Source: an uncultured bacterium
Lineage (GTDB): Bacteria > Zixibacteria > MSB-5A5 > GN15 > FEB-12
NCBI GenBank assembly: GCA_965372795.1
Contig: CBDVDR010000001.1
Coordinates: 192,001-256,000, forward strand
Reading direction: 5' to 3'
DNA: 64,000 nt
In this document: positions 19,085 to 29,991 of the stretch, one piece after another
How positions within the stretch are numbered: the stretch's first letter is position 1
Layout of the letters: every line of letters begins with the position of its first letter
The notes under the pieces: generated by a model
The model's input: only the letters and a program-made list of their open reading frames with translations
Database searches by the model: none
Told to the model about the DNA's origin: nothing
Position numbers and translations under genes: made by a program

Positions 19085-20308
19085 TCAAAATTGTTTTGTT
19101 ATCCAATTTTCAAATTTTTTCAACCACCCTTTTACATTACTACTGCGGTTACCTCTTACCGGTTCATTCTGAAACCCATAGACAAGTAATCCATGCCCGG
19201 TGGCATATTGATTACTCACTAATTCATCCGGTATATGATCTATGCCGCTAAGTTTTCCCATTCGGACCGGGAGATCAAAAAGTTGTTCGGCTAATTCTAC
19301 CGTACCGGGAAGCATTGTACCTCCTCCGGTTAAAACCATTCCTCCGGTTAACAAGTCTCCTATATTAGCCCGTTTAATTTCTCGAAATACAAGCGATAAA
19401 ATTTCTTCCATACGCGGTTCTATTATTGATGCTAGCACGTGTCGGGAAACTTCTTTATTTTTGATCCCATCTGCTGATGGAACAAGAATCATCTCTTCCG
19501 GATTTACCAATGAAGCCAGTACCGAACCATGAGCCTCTTTAAGTTCCTGAGCACTTCTCAGCGGAGTTCTTAAACCGATGGCAATATCATTAGTTACATT
19601 CTTACTGCCAAGGGAGACAACCGCCGTGTGGCGAACAGCACCGTCATGGAAAACGGCAAGATTCGTTATATCACCACCGATATCGACCAGTACCACGCCA
19701 ACTTCCATATCATGTTCACTTAATAAAACATTTGATAAAGCAAGTGCTTCAAGTACGATATTATCAACATCAAGATGACAGCGTTCCAACGCCCGATATA
19801 TATTTTTTGCAGTTGTAACAGAGGCTGTCACAATATGCGCTTCGACTTCAAGTCTGACACCGTTCATTCCAACGGGATCTTTAATTCCGCTCTGGTCATC
19901 AACCGAAAATTGTTGGGGAATAACATGGATGATCTCTCGATCAACCGGGATTGCCACTGTCCGGGCAGCTTCTATCGCTCGTCTTACATCAGCGGATGTT
20001 ATCTCGTTGTCAGAACGGCTGACAGCAACAACTCCATGGCTATTTATTGACCGAATATGCTCACCGGCAATACTAACGGTAACACTATCAATTTCGGTTC
20101 CAGAAACCATTTGAGCATCATCAACCGCCCGGCGAATAGATTTCACCGTCTTCTCCATATCCACTACAACCCCGCGACGGAGTCCCTCGGATGGAGCGAT
20201 TCCATGCCCGATAATATAGATTCCTCCTTCGGAATCCATTTCGCCAACCAAAACGGTTATCTTGGTTGTTCCAATATCAAGTGTTGCTATAATGTTTTCT
20301 GCTGCCAT
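19085..20308 (-). CDS. ftsA: Cell division protein FtsA
   Basis: LDIGTTKI, VDIGG, VLTGGG; directly before ftsZ; start set at ATG 20308. Confidence 0.97.
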   Translation of the reverse strand: MAAENIIATLDIGTTKITVLVGEMDSEGGIYIIGHGIAPSEGLRRGVVVDMEKTVKSIRRAVDDAQMVSGTEIDSVTVSIAGEHIRSINSHGVVAVSRSDNEITSADVRRAIEAARTVAIPVDREIIHVIPQQFSVDDQSGIKDPVGMNGVRLEVEAHIVTASVTTAKNIYRALERCHLDVDNIVLEALALSNVLLSEHDMEVGVVLVDIGGDITNLAVFHDGAVRHTAVVSLGSKNVTNDIAIGLRTPLRSAQELKEAHGSVLASLVNPEEMILVPSADGIKNKEVSRHVLASIIEPRMEEILSLVFREIKRANIGDLLTGGMVLTGGGTMLPGTVELAEQLFDLPVRMGKLSGIDHIPDELVSNQYATGHGLLVYGFQNEPVRGNRSSNVKGWLKKFENWITKQF

Positions 20309-21021
20309 TATTTCTCCCGGCATATAACCATATCATCACAACAAAAGTTTATTTGATTTATTTCGTCTAACACAAGATCATATTTCCCTATAAAATCTAC
20401 AAAGCGATCTAAATCGTAATTAAATTTTTCCAGCCTGATTTTCAGATAATAAGGCAATCCGGCTGGGTAGACTTTCAAATATTTTTCATTACTCACATCA
20501 ATCTCTTCAAGAATTCGATACAGGTCGTTATGCTTTTCTCGGAGTAAATTTATTTTACCGGCAAGTATGGCAATTTTTGTATCATTTATCCGGTGATATA
20601 ATTTACCGGCAGCGACACCGGTAATTATCGGCAACTCCCAGTCATTGAATTGATTTTTCAAGGAAATCAATCGTGCATCTTTGTCCAAGCCATAAATCTT
20701 GCCTGAATTTTTATCCACCATGTAACAAACAGCATCAAAATCATTAGAAATGATCTCGATATTATTTGGCAGATCAACTTTCAAATCAACCTTATAAATT
20801 CCATTTTTATCAAGCATTGTATTGGCTGTTTGTTCAAGGGATAGATTGATAACATTCGTGCTGTCGAAATCCTCATGCCAATTTTGAATCTCTTCACTAT
20901 TTAAATAAATTGATTGTAACTGAAAGGCATCGGTAAAATTAACAACTACCAATAATGTTACAGCGGTAACAATGCAGCCCAGAAAACTAATTTTCATTTT
21001 TTTACTTAAAGGGTTAATCAC
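20308..21021 (-). CDS. ftsQ: FtsQ/DivIB-like protein
   Basis: Single N-terminal TM, LPIITG motif, position between murC and ftsA. Confidence 0.7.
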   Translation of the reverse strand: MINPLSKKMKISFLGCIVTAVTLLVVVNFTDAFQLQSIYLNSEEIQNWHEDFDSTNVINLSLEQTANTMLDKNGIYKVDLKVDLPNNIEIISNDFDAVCYMVDKNSGKIYGLDKDARLISLKNQFNDWELPIITGVAAGKLYHRINDTKIAILAGKINLLREKHNDLYRILEEIDVSNEKYLKVYPAGLPYYLKIRLEKFNYDLDRFVDFIGKYDLVLDEINQINFCCDDMVICREK

Positions 21022-22388
21022 TTTTTTAACCCTTCTAATATCTCATTTTTAATATGAGTAATAGATCCGGCACCCATAATAATTATCATATCCCCCGGTT
21101 TGGCGATTGATAATACTTTTTGAGGAGCATTTACTTTTTTACCGATAAACTCAAAATTATTATATCCCTTTTGGTGAGCCTTATTCAATATCAATTCTGA
21201 GGTTACACCTTCAATCGGTTTTTCCCGCGCCGGATAGATATCAGTAAGAATACAAATATCAGCGATTGAAAGAGCCTCTGCAAACTCGTTGATATGTTCC
21301 TTTGTACGGCTATACAGATGAGGTTGGAAAATAACTATCGTTCTTCGATCAAATTCAGTCTTTGCCATTTCAAGGGTTGCTTTGACTTCCGTTGGATGAT
21401 GCGCATAATCGTCAAATAAAAGTATATCGTTAATTTCTCCAATTTTTTCAAAACGTCGACTGATACCTTTAAAATTATAAAGTGCCTTAACGATTGTTGC
21501 AAAGGGAACTTCCAACTCATAACAGCAGGCTACGGCAGCTAAAGCATTGCTGACATTGAACCGTCCGGGCATATGTAAAATAATTTCGCCAAGAAGGTCT
21601 TCACGATAAAAGACTGAAAAAGTAGATTTACCATTAGAAGAATTTATATTTACGGCTCTGTAATCTGCATCTTCTGAGAATCCGAAGGTTACATGCGGCC
21701 GGCTAAGTTGCGGTCGTAATTTGGCAGTTCTCTCATCATCGGCAGAAATAACAATTGAACCATAGAATGGAACCCGATTCATAAATGACACAAATGATTG
21801 TTCCAGATCATTGACATCTTCATAACAATCAAGATGATCTACATCAATATTGGTAACAACCGCAAGCGATGGATACATAGCCAGAAATGATCGGTCATAT
21901 TCATCTGCTTCAGCGACAAGATAACGTCCTTTACCCAAAGCCGCACCCGTTCCGAGTTCGGCAACTATGCCACCAACGATAATGGTTGGTTGAAATAAAG
22001 CGTCCTGCAATATTCTTCCTATCATCGAAGTTGTGGTTGTTTTGCCATGGGTACCGGCAACACCAATAGAAAAGCGAAGTCGCATCAGCTCACCAAGCAT
22101 CTCCGCCCGTTTAATAACCGGAATGCCAAGTTCAAGGGCTCGGATAATTTCCGGGTTATCTTCACTAATCGCTGAAGAAATTACGACAACATCTACATTA
22201 TCAATGTTGTCAGATTCCTGCTGAGTGAAAATAGTTATGCCTAGACCTGACAGATAATCGGTAACCTCACTTTTGGTGGAATCGGATCCTTTGATCTGAT
22301 AACCAAGATTGTGTAACACCTCGGCTATGCCAGACATCCCCGCACCGCCAATACCGATAAAGTATAATTTTTTTATTTTTCCAAACAT
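21018..22388 (-). CDS. murC: UDP-N-acetylmuramate--L-alanine ligase
   Basis: FIGIGGAGMS, GTHGKTTTT, EADEYD, DDYAHHP, FQPH; ATG 22388. Confidence 0.97.
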   Translation of the reverse strand: MFGKIKKLYFIGIGGAGMSGIAEVLHNLGYQIKGSDSTKSEVTDYLSGLGITIFTQQESDNIDNVDVVVISSAISEDNPEIIRALELGIPVIKRAEMLGELMRLRFSIGVAGTHGKTTTTSMIGRILQDALFQPTIIVGGIVAELGTGAALGKGRYLVAEADEYDRSFLAMYPSLAVVTNIDVDHLDCYEDVNDLEQSFVSFMNRVPFYGSIVISADDERTAKLRPQLSRPHVTFGFSEDADYRAVNINSSNGKSTFSVFYREDLLGEIILHMPGRFNVSNALAAVACCYELEVPFATIVKALYNFKGISRRFEKIGEINDILLFDDYAHHPTEVKATLEMAKTEFDRRTIVIFQPHLYSRTKEHINEFAEALSIADICILTDIYPAREKPIEGVTSELILNKAHQKGYNNFEFIGKKVNAPQKVLSIAKPGDMIIIMGAGSITHIKNEILEGLKK

Positions 22389-22441
22389 AATTTCTTCACA
22401 AGTAAATTCTTCAACTTTTATCTCAGCCTCATAACTAGTTG

Positions 22442-23572
22442 TCAATTTTGTCTCCGCTTTGCTGATTTAATTAATTCAATTATATCTTCTGCAATAATAT
22501 CCACAGCCGCCTTATTTGAATGTGACATATTTTTGATTGCATCTTTCATTTTCATATATTCATCCGATTCCATAATCGAAATTGCTCCACCGATAAGATC
22601 AGTGTTTTTCAAAGTCGTTTCATCAATCATCTGGGCAATATTTTTTTCCACAAAGTTAAGGGCATTTTTTTTCTGGTGATCTCCGGCTGCATACGGGTAC
22701 GGAACCAGTGTTGAAGGTAATCCGCATTCAACGATTTCCGCCAGTGTCAAGGCGCCGGCACGAGCAATAACAAAATCTGCAGCAGCATAAATCTCCTGCA
22801 TATTAGTAGCAAAGGGAAAAAGAGAGCAAAAAGCCTTGTTGCCCGCTTTTGCGTTCACTTCCGTGTAATCTCTTTTTCCCGTTTGCCATAAAATCTGATA
22901 ATTATCGTTCCTTTCTAAATTATCAAGGCTCTTTAAAACTGCCCTATTTATTGCCATTGCCCCCTGGCTTCCGCCAAGGACTAAAATTGTTTTTTTTGAA
23001 GGAGACAGGTTGTATTTCTTTAAAGCTTCTTCTCTGTTTCCTTCGTTAATATTTTTCCGTACCGGATTACCGGTTACTATAATTTTTGCATTAGTATTCA
23101 AATATTCTTTAGCTTTTTCAAAACCGAGATAAATCCGGCTTGCCTTAGCCGAAAGTTTTCTGGTTGTCAAACCCGGGAATGAATTTTGTTCCTGTAACAC
23201 CGTTGTTATTTTCTTATATGACGCCATTGCTAATACCGGCCAGCAAACATATCCCCCGGTGCCAATAACAACATCAGGCTTCACACTTTTTAATATCTGC
23301 GAGACTTTGATCAAGGAACCGATTATCAAAAAGGGTACCATTAAATTTGTCAATGATAACGAACGAGCGATTCCCCGAATGTTTATTGTTAACAGAGGAT
23401 ACCCAAGTTTTTCTTTGATCCTATATTCCAGGCCGCGTTTAGTTCCGACAAAGACAATCTCAACCTGATCCTGAAGCAGTTCTTTGACTCGATCAGCAAT
23501 AGCTATGGCAGGAAACAGATGACCACCGGTTCCTCCTCCCGCAATAATTATTCTGGCATTATTTACATTCAT
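22442..23572 (-). CDS. murG: Lipid II GlcNAc transferase
   Basis: GGGTGGHLFP, GGY, EQN, GNPVR, GGSQGA; ATG overlaps the ftsW stop (ATGA). Confidence 0.97.
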   Translation of the reverse strand: MNVNNARIIIAGGGTGGHLFPAIAIADRVKELLQDQVEIVFVGTKRGLEYRIKEKLGYPLLTINIRGIARSLSLTNLMVPFLIIGSLIKVSQILKSVKPDVVIGTGGYVCWPVLAMASYKKITTVLQEQNSFPGLTTRKLSAKASRIYLGFEKAKEYLNTNAKIIVTGNPVRKNINEGNREEALKKYNLSPSKKTILVLGGSQGAMAINRAVLKSLDNLERNDNYQILWQTGKRDYTEVNAKAGNKAFCSLFPFATNMQEIYAAADFVIARAGALTLAEIVECGLPSTLVPYPYAAGDHQKKNALNFVEKNIAQMIDETTLKNTDLIGGAISIMESDEYMKMKDAIKNMSHSNKAAVDIIAEDIIELIKSAKRRQN

Positions 23573-24672
23573 CTTTTTTTCACCGCTCTTTGTGTCAGGT
23601 TTAACAACACTCCAATAGCAGCACTTGAGATCAACAATGATGAACCGCCATAAGATAAAAACGGCAAGGCCAAACCAGTAACGGGCAGAATAGAGCAAAC
23701 GACGCCAAGATTAATGGCAATATTGAAAAACAATGAGAGAGTCATTCCGGCTCCCAGTAAAAATCCAAATTTATCCGGCTGTGAGGATGCTATTTTTAAA
23801 CCTTTGTATAGCAGATAGAACAACAATCCAAGTATCAAAAGCAGCCCGACGAACCCGACTTCTTCTCCAATGGCAGCAAATATAAAATCGGTATGAGGAT
23901 AAGGCAGGAAAAATAGTTTTTGTCTTCCATCTCCAAGTCCACTGCCAAAGAAACCGCCGGCTCCAAGAGTCAACGCAGCCTGGCTTGCCTGATAACTGCC
24001 CTGAAGAGGATCACCGATTGATGCGACATAATCGAGAATACGTGCTTTTTTGTACCCCATCACAAAGACAACAAAAGATGCCGCAGCTATAAGAGGACCG
24101 ACACATATTAACATATGTTTTATTTTGGCACCGGCTAAAAAGAAAATACTAATCGCTGTGACAGCAATTACAATCGTTGTTCCTAAATCCGGTTCAAGTA
24201 ATATGAGAAGCATCCCGATCCCTAACAATGGCACATACGGGAATAACAATTGTCTCCAGTCGGAAAGATTCCTCTTGGGATTCGACAATGAGAACGATAG
24301 ATACATAATCATAACAAATTTAAACATCTCCGAAGGCTGGGCAGTCAGTGGTCCCAACATTAACCATCGCTGTGAACCGTTTCGGGACGGCATCAAGAAG
24401 ACTAATGACAAAAGTAAAATTAAAACCATAAGTGCCGGCGCCGAGTACACCGCTATCTTTTTCAAATCAACTTTGTAAATAACCCAAATGGCAGCGATAG
24501 AAATTAAAACCCACATAAATTGCTGTTGCAAAAAGAAGAAATGTGATCCATGTCGGCTTTCAGCTATAATTGATGAAGTAGAATAAATCATTACCAATCC
24601 CACCATAATAATCATCAGGTAGGCGATAAAAAGATTATCTCTAATTATTTTATCAACCGGTAATGGTTTCAT
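23569..24672 (-). CDS. ftsW: SEDS peptidoglycan polymerase FtsW
   Basis: RWL, QPSE, EPDLGT, PHTDFIF, LPFLSYGGSS. Confidence 0.96.
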   Translation of the reverse strand: MKPLPVDKIIRDNLFIAYLMIIMVGLVMIYSTSSIIAESRHGSHFFFLQQQFMWVLISIAAIWVIYKVDLKKIAVYSAPALMVLILLLSLVFLMPSRNGSQRWLMLGPLTAQPSEMFKFVMIMYLSFSLSNPKRNLSDWRQLLFPYVPLLGIGMLLILLEPDLGTTIVIAVTAISIFFLAGAKIKHMLICVGPLIAAASFVVFVMGYKKARILDYVASIGDPLQGSYQASQAALTLGAGGFFGSGLGDGRQKLFFLPYPHTDFIFAAIGEEVGFVGLLLILGLLFYLLYKGLKIASSQPDKFGFLLGAGMTLSLFFNIAINLGVVCSILPVTGLALPFLSYGGSSLLISSAAIGVLLNLTQRAVKKR

Positions 24673-26038
24673 TCTTATTCCCTCTTAAACCTGACACGGC
24701 TTCTTTAAATACCTGTCCGCGATGTTCAAAATTTTTAAACATATCAAAACTTGCACACCCGGGTGACAACAAAACTGTTTCTCCCGGAGATGCAGCTTCA
24801 AAACAATTTTTCACCGCATCTTCAAGTGTCTCTACAAAACTAACCGGAAAAGCTTTTCCCAATTCCTCAAAAATCTCTTCCCTTGCTTCCCCGATAGCAT
24901 AGATGCTTTTTATTTTATCTTTACCAAACTTAATAATCTCAGCATAACTCGCACCTTTACCTCGGCCTCCCATTATCAAACAGATAGGAGTGTCAACCGA
25001 GCGAATTGCATAACAGACCGAATCAACATTAGTAGCTTTGGAGTCATTTATAAAACTGATTCCGGCAACTTTACCAATCCGTTCGAGTCTGTGTTCAACT
25101 CCGCTAAACGATTTTAAAACTTCGCATACCATTTCAACCGGGATATCTAACAAACCGGAAACAACTGCGGCAGCGGCGGAATTTTGTAGATTATGCGGTC
25201 CGGGAATTTGTATTTCACCGGTTTTTATTATTTCTTCAGTCTTATTTTCAACATTTCGATACAGACTGGAATTACTCACGAAACTTGCTTCATTTGAATT
25301 ATCATTAGTCGTAAAAAACAGTTTGGTCGCATTCGTTTTGACAACCTCAGTTGCAAGAATCTTATCATCACGATTTAAAATCAGAAAATTATTTTCATTT
25401 TGATTTTCAGCAATTCTATATTTGAGAGCTTTGTAGACATCAAATGTGCCATGACGGTCAAGATGATCTGGAGACAGATTTAGGATAAGTGCGATATCCG
25501 GTCTAAAATCTTCGATAGTCTCAAGCTGGAAAGTTGATATTTCTACTACTGCAATATCATTTTTTTCAATTTTATCAACTACTTCACAAAACGGCAATCC
25601 GACATTACCGCAGACAAATACTTTCAAGCCGGCTTGAGAAAGGATATTGCCAATTAGAGTTGTGGTTGTTGTTTTACCATTTGATCCGGTCACCGCAACT
25701 ATTTTACCCTTACAAACCCAATACCCGAACTCTATTTCAGAAAAGATCGGAATACCATTCTCGCGTGCTTTTTGGATTATCTCAATTGACAATGGAATTC
25801 CAGGAGAAATAACAAAATAATCACATTCTAAAAGCTGTTCCGAATGACCACCGGTTTCAAACGGTATACCTGCCTGGCGTAATTGATTTATCTGTTCAGA
25901 CAGTTTTGATTCATCGGCAGAATCAGACACAAAAACCTGACCACCTAATTTAGCGGCAAGTTTCGCGGCTGCTAATCCTGAACGAGCCATTCCAAGAACG
26001 CCGATACGTCTGTTTCTAATCCGTTCTGCTACTGTCAT
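24653..26038 (-). CDS. murD: UDP-MurNAc-L-Ala--D-glutamate ligase
   Basis: GSNGKTTTT, DHLDRH, NDSKATN, LSPGCASFDMF; ATG 26038 overlaps the mraY stop. Confidence 0.97.
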   Translation of the reverse strand: MTVAERIRNRRIGVLGMARSGLAAAKLAAKLGGQVFVSDSADESKLSEQINQLRQAGIPFETGGHSEQLLECDYFVISPGIPLSIEIIQKARENGIPIFSEIEFGYWVCKGKIVAVTGSNGKTTTTTLIGNILSQAGLKVFVCGNVGLPFCEVVDKIEKNDIAVVEISTFQLETIEDFRPDIALILNLSPDHLDRHGTFDVYKALKYRIAENQNENNFLILNRDDKILATEVVKTNATKLFFTTNDNSNEASFVSNSSLYRNVENKTEEIIKTGEIQIPGPHNLQNSAAAAVVSGLLDIPVEMVCEVLKSFSGVEHRLERIGKVAGISFINDSKATNVDSVCYAIRSVDTPICLIMGGRGKGASYAEIIKFGKDKIKSIYAIGEAREEIFEELGKAFPVSFVETLEDAVKNCFEAASPGETVLLSPGCASFDMFKNFEHRGQVFKEAVSGLRGNKNETITG

Positions 26039-27123
26039 CGTACTTTTAATGTCGCCAGAGTTATCAATGCGCACAGCGCTCCGATAATCCAGAACCTTAC
26101 TACAACTTTTGATTCAGCCCATCCACAAAGTTCAAAGTGATGATGAATAGGCGCCATTTTAAATATTCTTTTTCCACCCCGATATCTATAAGAAACAACC
26201 TGAATAATGACCGACAAAGCTTCCATCACAAACACAGCCCCGACAATTACCAGGAGTAATTCTTTTTTAAGTAAAATCGCAATTGCACCAATTGCCCCGC
26301 CCAAAGCCAGGGAACCGGTATCACCCATAAATACTTCCGCCGGATGAGAATTGAACCACAAAAAGCCGATTGCCGCCCCAACTGTTGCGGCACAGAAAAT
26401 TGTCAACTCGCCGGTTCCGGGCAGATAGTCGATCTGTAAATAATTTGCAAAATCTATTCGTCCACTGACATAAGCGATACCGCCAAAGGTGAAAAAACAA
26501 ATCCCGACTAATCCGATAGCCAGCCCATCAAGACCATCAGTTAGATTGACAGCGTTTGATGAACCGGTAATGACCAGAATAATAAACGGGATATATAATA
26601 TGCCTAAAACCAATACATAATTTTTGAAAAACGGTATTGAGGTCGTCCCGTCATAATAAGATTCCGGGGCAAGATATTTAAGCAACAACCCGAATAACAA
26701 TCCCAGCATTATCTGACCGACAAGTTTTTTGCGACCAATCATCCCTTTGGGCTGTTTCTTGATTACTTTTAAATAATCATCCATATAGCCGATCAGCCCC
26801 ATCCAGACGGTCGCAAGCAAAACCATCATGACATAAAAATTTGACAAGTCCGACCATAGCAAAGTTGGAATCACAATCCCGGCTAAAATAATTAACCCGC
26901 CCATAGTTGGGGTTCCGGCTTTTTCCAGATGCGATTTAGGTCCATCCTGTCTTATAGTTTCCTGAATCTGATATTTTTTTAATAACCGTATAAAATAGGG
27001 ACCCAAAATTAATGAGATAATTATTGCGGTGATAGTTGCACCGGCTGCCCTGAATGTGATATAGCGGAACAAATTGAACCCGGAAACATATTTGGTCAGA
27101 GGATATAACAGATGATAAAGCAT
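26035..27123 (-). CDS. mraY: Phospho-MurNAc-pentapeptide transferase
   Basis: GTPTMGG, NLTDGLDGL, VFMGDTGS, MAPIHHHFE. Confidence 0.98.
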   Translation of the reverse strand: MLYHLLYPLTKYVSGFNLFRYITFRAAGATITAIIISLILGPYFIRLLKKYQIQETIRQDGPKSHLEKAGTPTMGGLIILAGIVIPTLLWSDLSNFYVMMVLLATVWMGLIGYMDDYLKVIKKQPKGMIGRKKLVGQIMLGLLFGLLLKYLAPESYYDGTTSIPFFKNYVLVLGILYIPFIILVITGSSNAVNLTDGLDGLAIGLVGICFFTFGGIAYVSGRIDFANYLQIDYLPGTGELTIFCAATVGAAIGFLWFNSHPAEVFMGDTGSLALGGAIGAIAILLKKELLLVIVGAVFVMEALSVIIQVVSYRYRGGKRIFKMAPIHHHFELCGWAESKVVVRFWIIGALCALITLATLKVR

Positions 27124-28523
27124 TAGTTCACCCCTCCATTTGATTCATAATATTCTAAGATTGCTTCAAGCCCAATTCCACGGGATGCTTTTAGAAAAAC
27201 AAAATCATTCTTCTGCAAAATTAAACCAATCTTCCCCGCACAATCTGCTGCCGTTTCAAAATGAATAACTTTTTTTACATTATCTGATGAAACACTAAAA
27301 GATTTTAAAGCCGCTTTCATCTCGGTGCCAACTAGAATCAGAAAATCAAAATTATAATTGAAAAGACTCTCACCAAGTTCCTGATGGTATTTTGATGAGC
27401 TGGCGCCTAATTCAAGCATATCACCAAGAATTATAATTCGTCTGGTTCCAATATTTATTTCAAAAAACGCTTTAAGTCCTGCTTTTACAGATTCGGGATT
27501 GGCGTTATAACAATCCGACATAAATGTTATGTTACTTTTCTCGATCAGCTGTCCCCTCATCGGAGCTGACTCTAATTTTATTTTTGCAGTTTCAATCCCA
27601 TTGAAATTATATCCTAGAGTTCTTATAGAAGCATATGCACCAAGAAAATTATAAAGCTGATGTTTCCCGGCATACGGCAGACAAAATTCATTACCTTCTA
27701 TCCATATTTTTCTTATCGCTGGGTCTTCATCAACAATTTTCTCAATATAAAAATCGGCTTTGTTATCAATTCCAAAAGTTATAAAATTATTTCTAATCGT
27801 TTTAGCTTCCTGCATAAGAACAGAATCATCAGCGTTGATAATCAAAGGGATACTATGATCTGCATTTTTAATAAGTTGCAATTTCGCCCGGGCAACATCT
27901 TCAACTGAGTTCAAAAATTCCAAATGAGAAGGACCAACATTGGTTATCAAAACTACATCCGGATTAACCATCGCAGCAAGTTGAGGCATTTCTTCATAAG
28001 TCGAGATACCAAGTTCCAGGATTGCTGTTTTTGTATCTAATGCCATTTGAAACAGAGATAAAGGTGCGCCGAACAAATTATTCAAATTCCCCGGAGACCG
28101 AAAAGCCTTAGATTCAACAGCTTTGAGCAAGCTAAAGGCAAATTCTTTGGTGGTTGTTTTTCCATTGGAACCGGTGATACCCAGAATTTTGGACTTTAAT
28201 TTTTTTCTATACTCAGTTGCCAGCTTTATCATGGCCTGATGAGTATTTTCAACGACAAGCACCGGTGCATTAATTTTATTTGAATTATTATAGTTACTCT
28301 CAACAACAACAACAGCAGCATCTTTTTTGATCACATCATTGATAAACTGATGACCATCTTGCTTCTCACCTTTTATAGCAAAAAACAATTCATTTCTTTT
28401 GATGGATCTACTGTCTATAGAAACACCGGCAAAAGATAGGGATGGATCGCTAATATTCATCAGCTTCCCGTCTGTTAATGCTTCAAGTTCTGTTAATTGC
28501 AAACTAATCAATTTCCTCACCAC
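27123..28523 (-). CDS. murF: UDP-MurNAc-tripeptide--D-Ala-D-Ala ligase
   Basis: IDSR, GSNGKTTTKE, DCYNANPES, GDMLELG, KASRG; start could be TTG 28511. Confidence 0.96.
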   Translation of the reverse strand: MVRKLISLQLTELEALTDGKLMNISDPSLSFAGVSIDSRSIKRNELFFAIKGEKQDGHQFINDVIKKDAAVVVVESNYNNSNKINAPVLVVENTHQAMIKLATEYRKKLKSKILGITGSNGKTTTKEFAFSLLKAVESKAFRSPGNLNNLFGAPLSLFQMALDTKTAILELGISTYEEMPQLAAMVNPDVVLITNVGPSHLEFLNSVEDVARAKLQLIKNADHSIPLIINADDSVLMQEAKTIRNNFITFGIDNKADFYIEKIVDEDPAIRKIWIEGNEFCLPYAGKHQLYNFLGAYASIRTLGYNFNGIETAKIKLESAPMRGQLIEKSNITFMSDCYNANPESVKAGLKAFFEINIGTRRIIILGDMLELGASSSKYHQELGESLFNYNFDFLILVGTEMKAALKSFSVSSDNVKKVIHFETAADCAGKIGLILQKNDFVFLKASRGIGLEAILEYYESNGGVN

Positions 28524-29982
28524 TTTTGAATCCCAATTCTCCTAAGATTCTGGTAGCTTCTTCGACATCACTAAAAGGAATTCGCTCGCCTTTTATCTCT
28601 TGATAATTTTCTGATCCCTTACCGGCAAGCAAGACCACATCACCGGGTTGTGCCATTTTTAAAATAGTCTTAATAGCATCTGCTCGATCAGGAATAATCT
28701 GATAATTATCCCCACTTAATCCCGGTTTTATATCTTCAATGATCTCATTCATATCTTCACTTCTTGGATTGTCGGAAGTAACAACCGTAAAATTAGCCGT
28801 TTCTGTTGCAACTTGTCCCATTAGAGGTCTTTTCCCTTTGTCACGATCTCCGCCGCATCCAAATAGAATTAACAAACGACCTTTGGATACTTCCCTGGCT
28901 GCTTCACAAAGTCTTTTGATTGCATCGGGGGTATGAGCAAAGTCGACATATACAGAAAAGGGCTGATTACATTGGACATAATTGAATCTACCTTCGACCG
29001 GTTTTGCTTTTTCCAAGCCTTTTACGATATTATCAATATCTATTCCACAAGCAAAACCTCCGCTTGCCGCCGCAATAGCATTACGTAAATTAAATTTACC
29101 GGGCAGCTTTAAAACGATTGTCCGGGTTCCCATTGGAGTAACTAAATCAAAGGTCGTTTTATCAGGACCAATTTCATAACTGCTGCAGTAAATATCAGCC
29201 GAGGGATCACTCAATGAATAGCTGATATAGGAAGAATTAAAATCACCAAAAAATTGTTTGAACTCAGGTTGATCAATATTGATTACAGCATAACTCAAGG
29301 CGCCGTCCAATTTACTCAATAGTTTTGCTTTGGCATTTAAATATTCTTCCATTGATTTATGAAAATCAAGATGATCTCTTGTAATATTTGTAAATATTGC
29401 GACGCAAAAATTAATTGCATCTACACGATGTAACATTAAGGAATGAGAGGACACTTCAATAATCGCATTAACGCAATAATTCTTTTTCATCAAATAAAGC
29501 AATCGTTGAAGATCCAACGACTCGGGCGTTGTGCGTTCAGCCTTAAATTGTTCTTTGCCAGTATCATAAATATTTGACGTTATCAAACCGACTTTCTTAT
29601 CCCGAGACTCTAAAATATATTTCAGCAGATAACAGGTCGTTGTTTTTCCGTTAGTTCCCGTGACACCGCAAACTTTAACCGACTTGCCGGGGTATCCATA
29701 AAATTTTGCCGCAGCTTCAGCCATAGCTGCCCGAACATCCGTAACTTGTACATAGTTATCAATCAAATCACAATTCTCACGTTCACCCATAACAGCAATA
29801 GCACCGTTTGCTTTTGCCTGTTCTACAAAATCATTTCCATCTGTTTCGTAGCCTTTAATAGCGATAAACAAACAATTCTTGCGGACTTGGCGGGAGTCAT
29901 GCTCTATCTGTTCAATTTCCACATCCTGAGATCCGAAAATTGTAACATCAGGAATACTCCTTACAAGATCTTCTAACTTAAT
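28504..29982 (-). CDS. murE: UDP-MurNAc-dipeptide--meso-DAP ligase; probable ATT start
   Basis: GTNGKTT, DFAHTPD, GCGGDRD, DNPR, AGKG; frame open 20 codons upstream of GTG 29922 to ATT-AAG-TTA with AGGAGG 5 nt before. Confidence 0.95.
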   Translation of the reverse strand: MKLEDLVRSIPDVTIFGSQDVEIEQIEHDSRQVRKNCLFIAIKGYETDGNDFVEQAKANGAIAVMGERENCDLIDNYVQVTDVRAAMAEAAAKFYGYPGKSVKVCGVTGTNGKTTTCYLLKYILESRDKKVGLITSNIYDTGKEQFKAERTTPESLDLQRLLYLMKKNYCVNAIIEVSSHSLMLHRVDAINFCVAIFTNITRDHLDFHKSMEEYLNAKAKLLSKLDGALSYAVINIDQPEFKQFFGDFNSSYISYSLSDPSADIYCSSYEIGPDKTTFDLVTPMGTRTIVLKLPGKFNLRNAIAAASGGFACGIDIDNIVKGLEKAKPVEGRFNYVQCNQPFSVYVDFAHTPDAIKRLCEAAREVSKGRLLILFGCGGDRDKGKRPLMGQVATETANFTVVTSDNPRSEDMNEIIEDIKPGLSGDNYQIIPDRADAIKTILKMAQPGDVVLLAGKGSENYQEIKGERIPFSDVEEATRILGELGFKSGEEID

Positions 29983-29991
29983 AACAACCTC

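Noticed and set aside
20308..22388. No murB or ddl in the dcw cluster
   Set aside because: Common relocation; cannot be judged from one window
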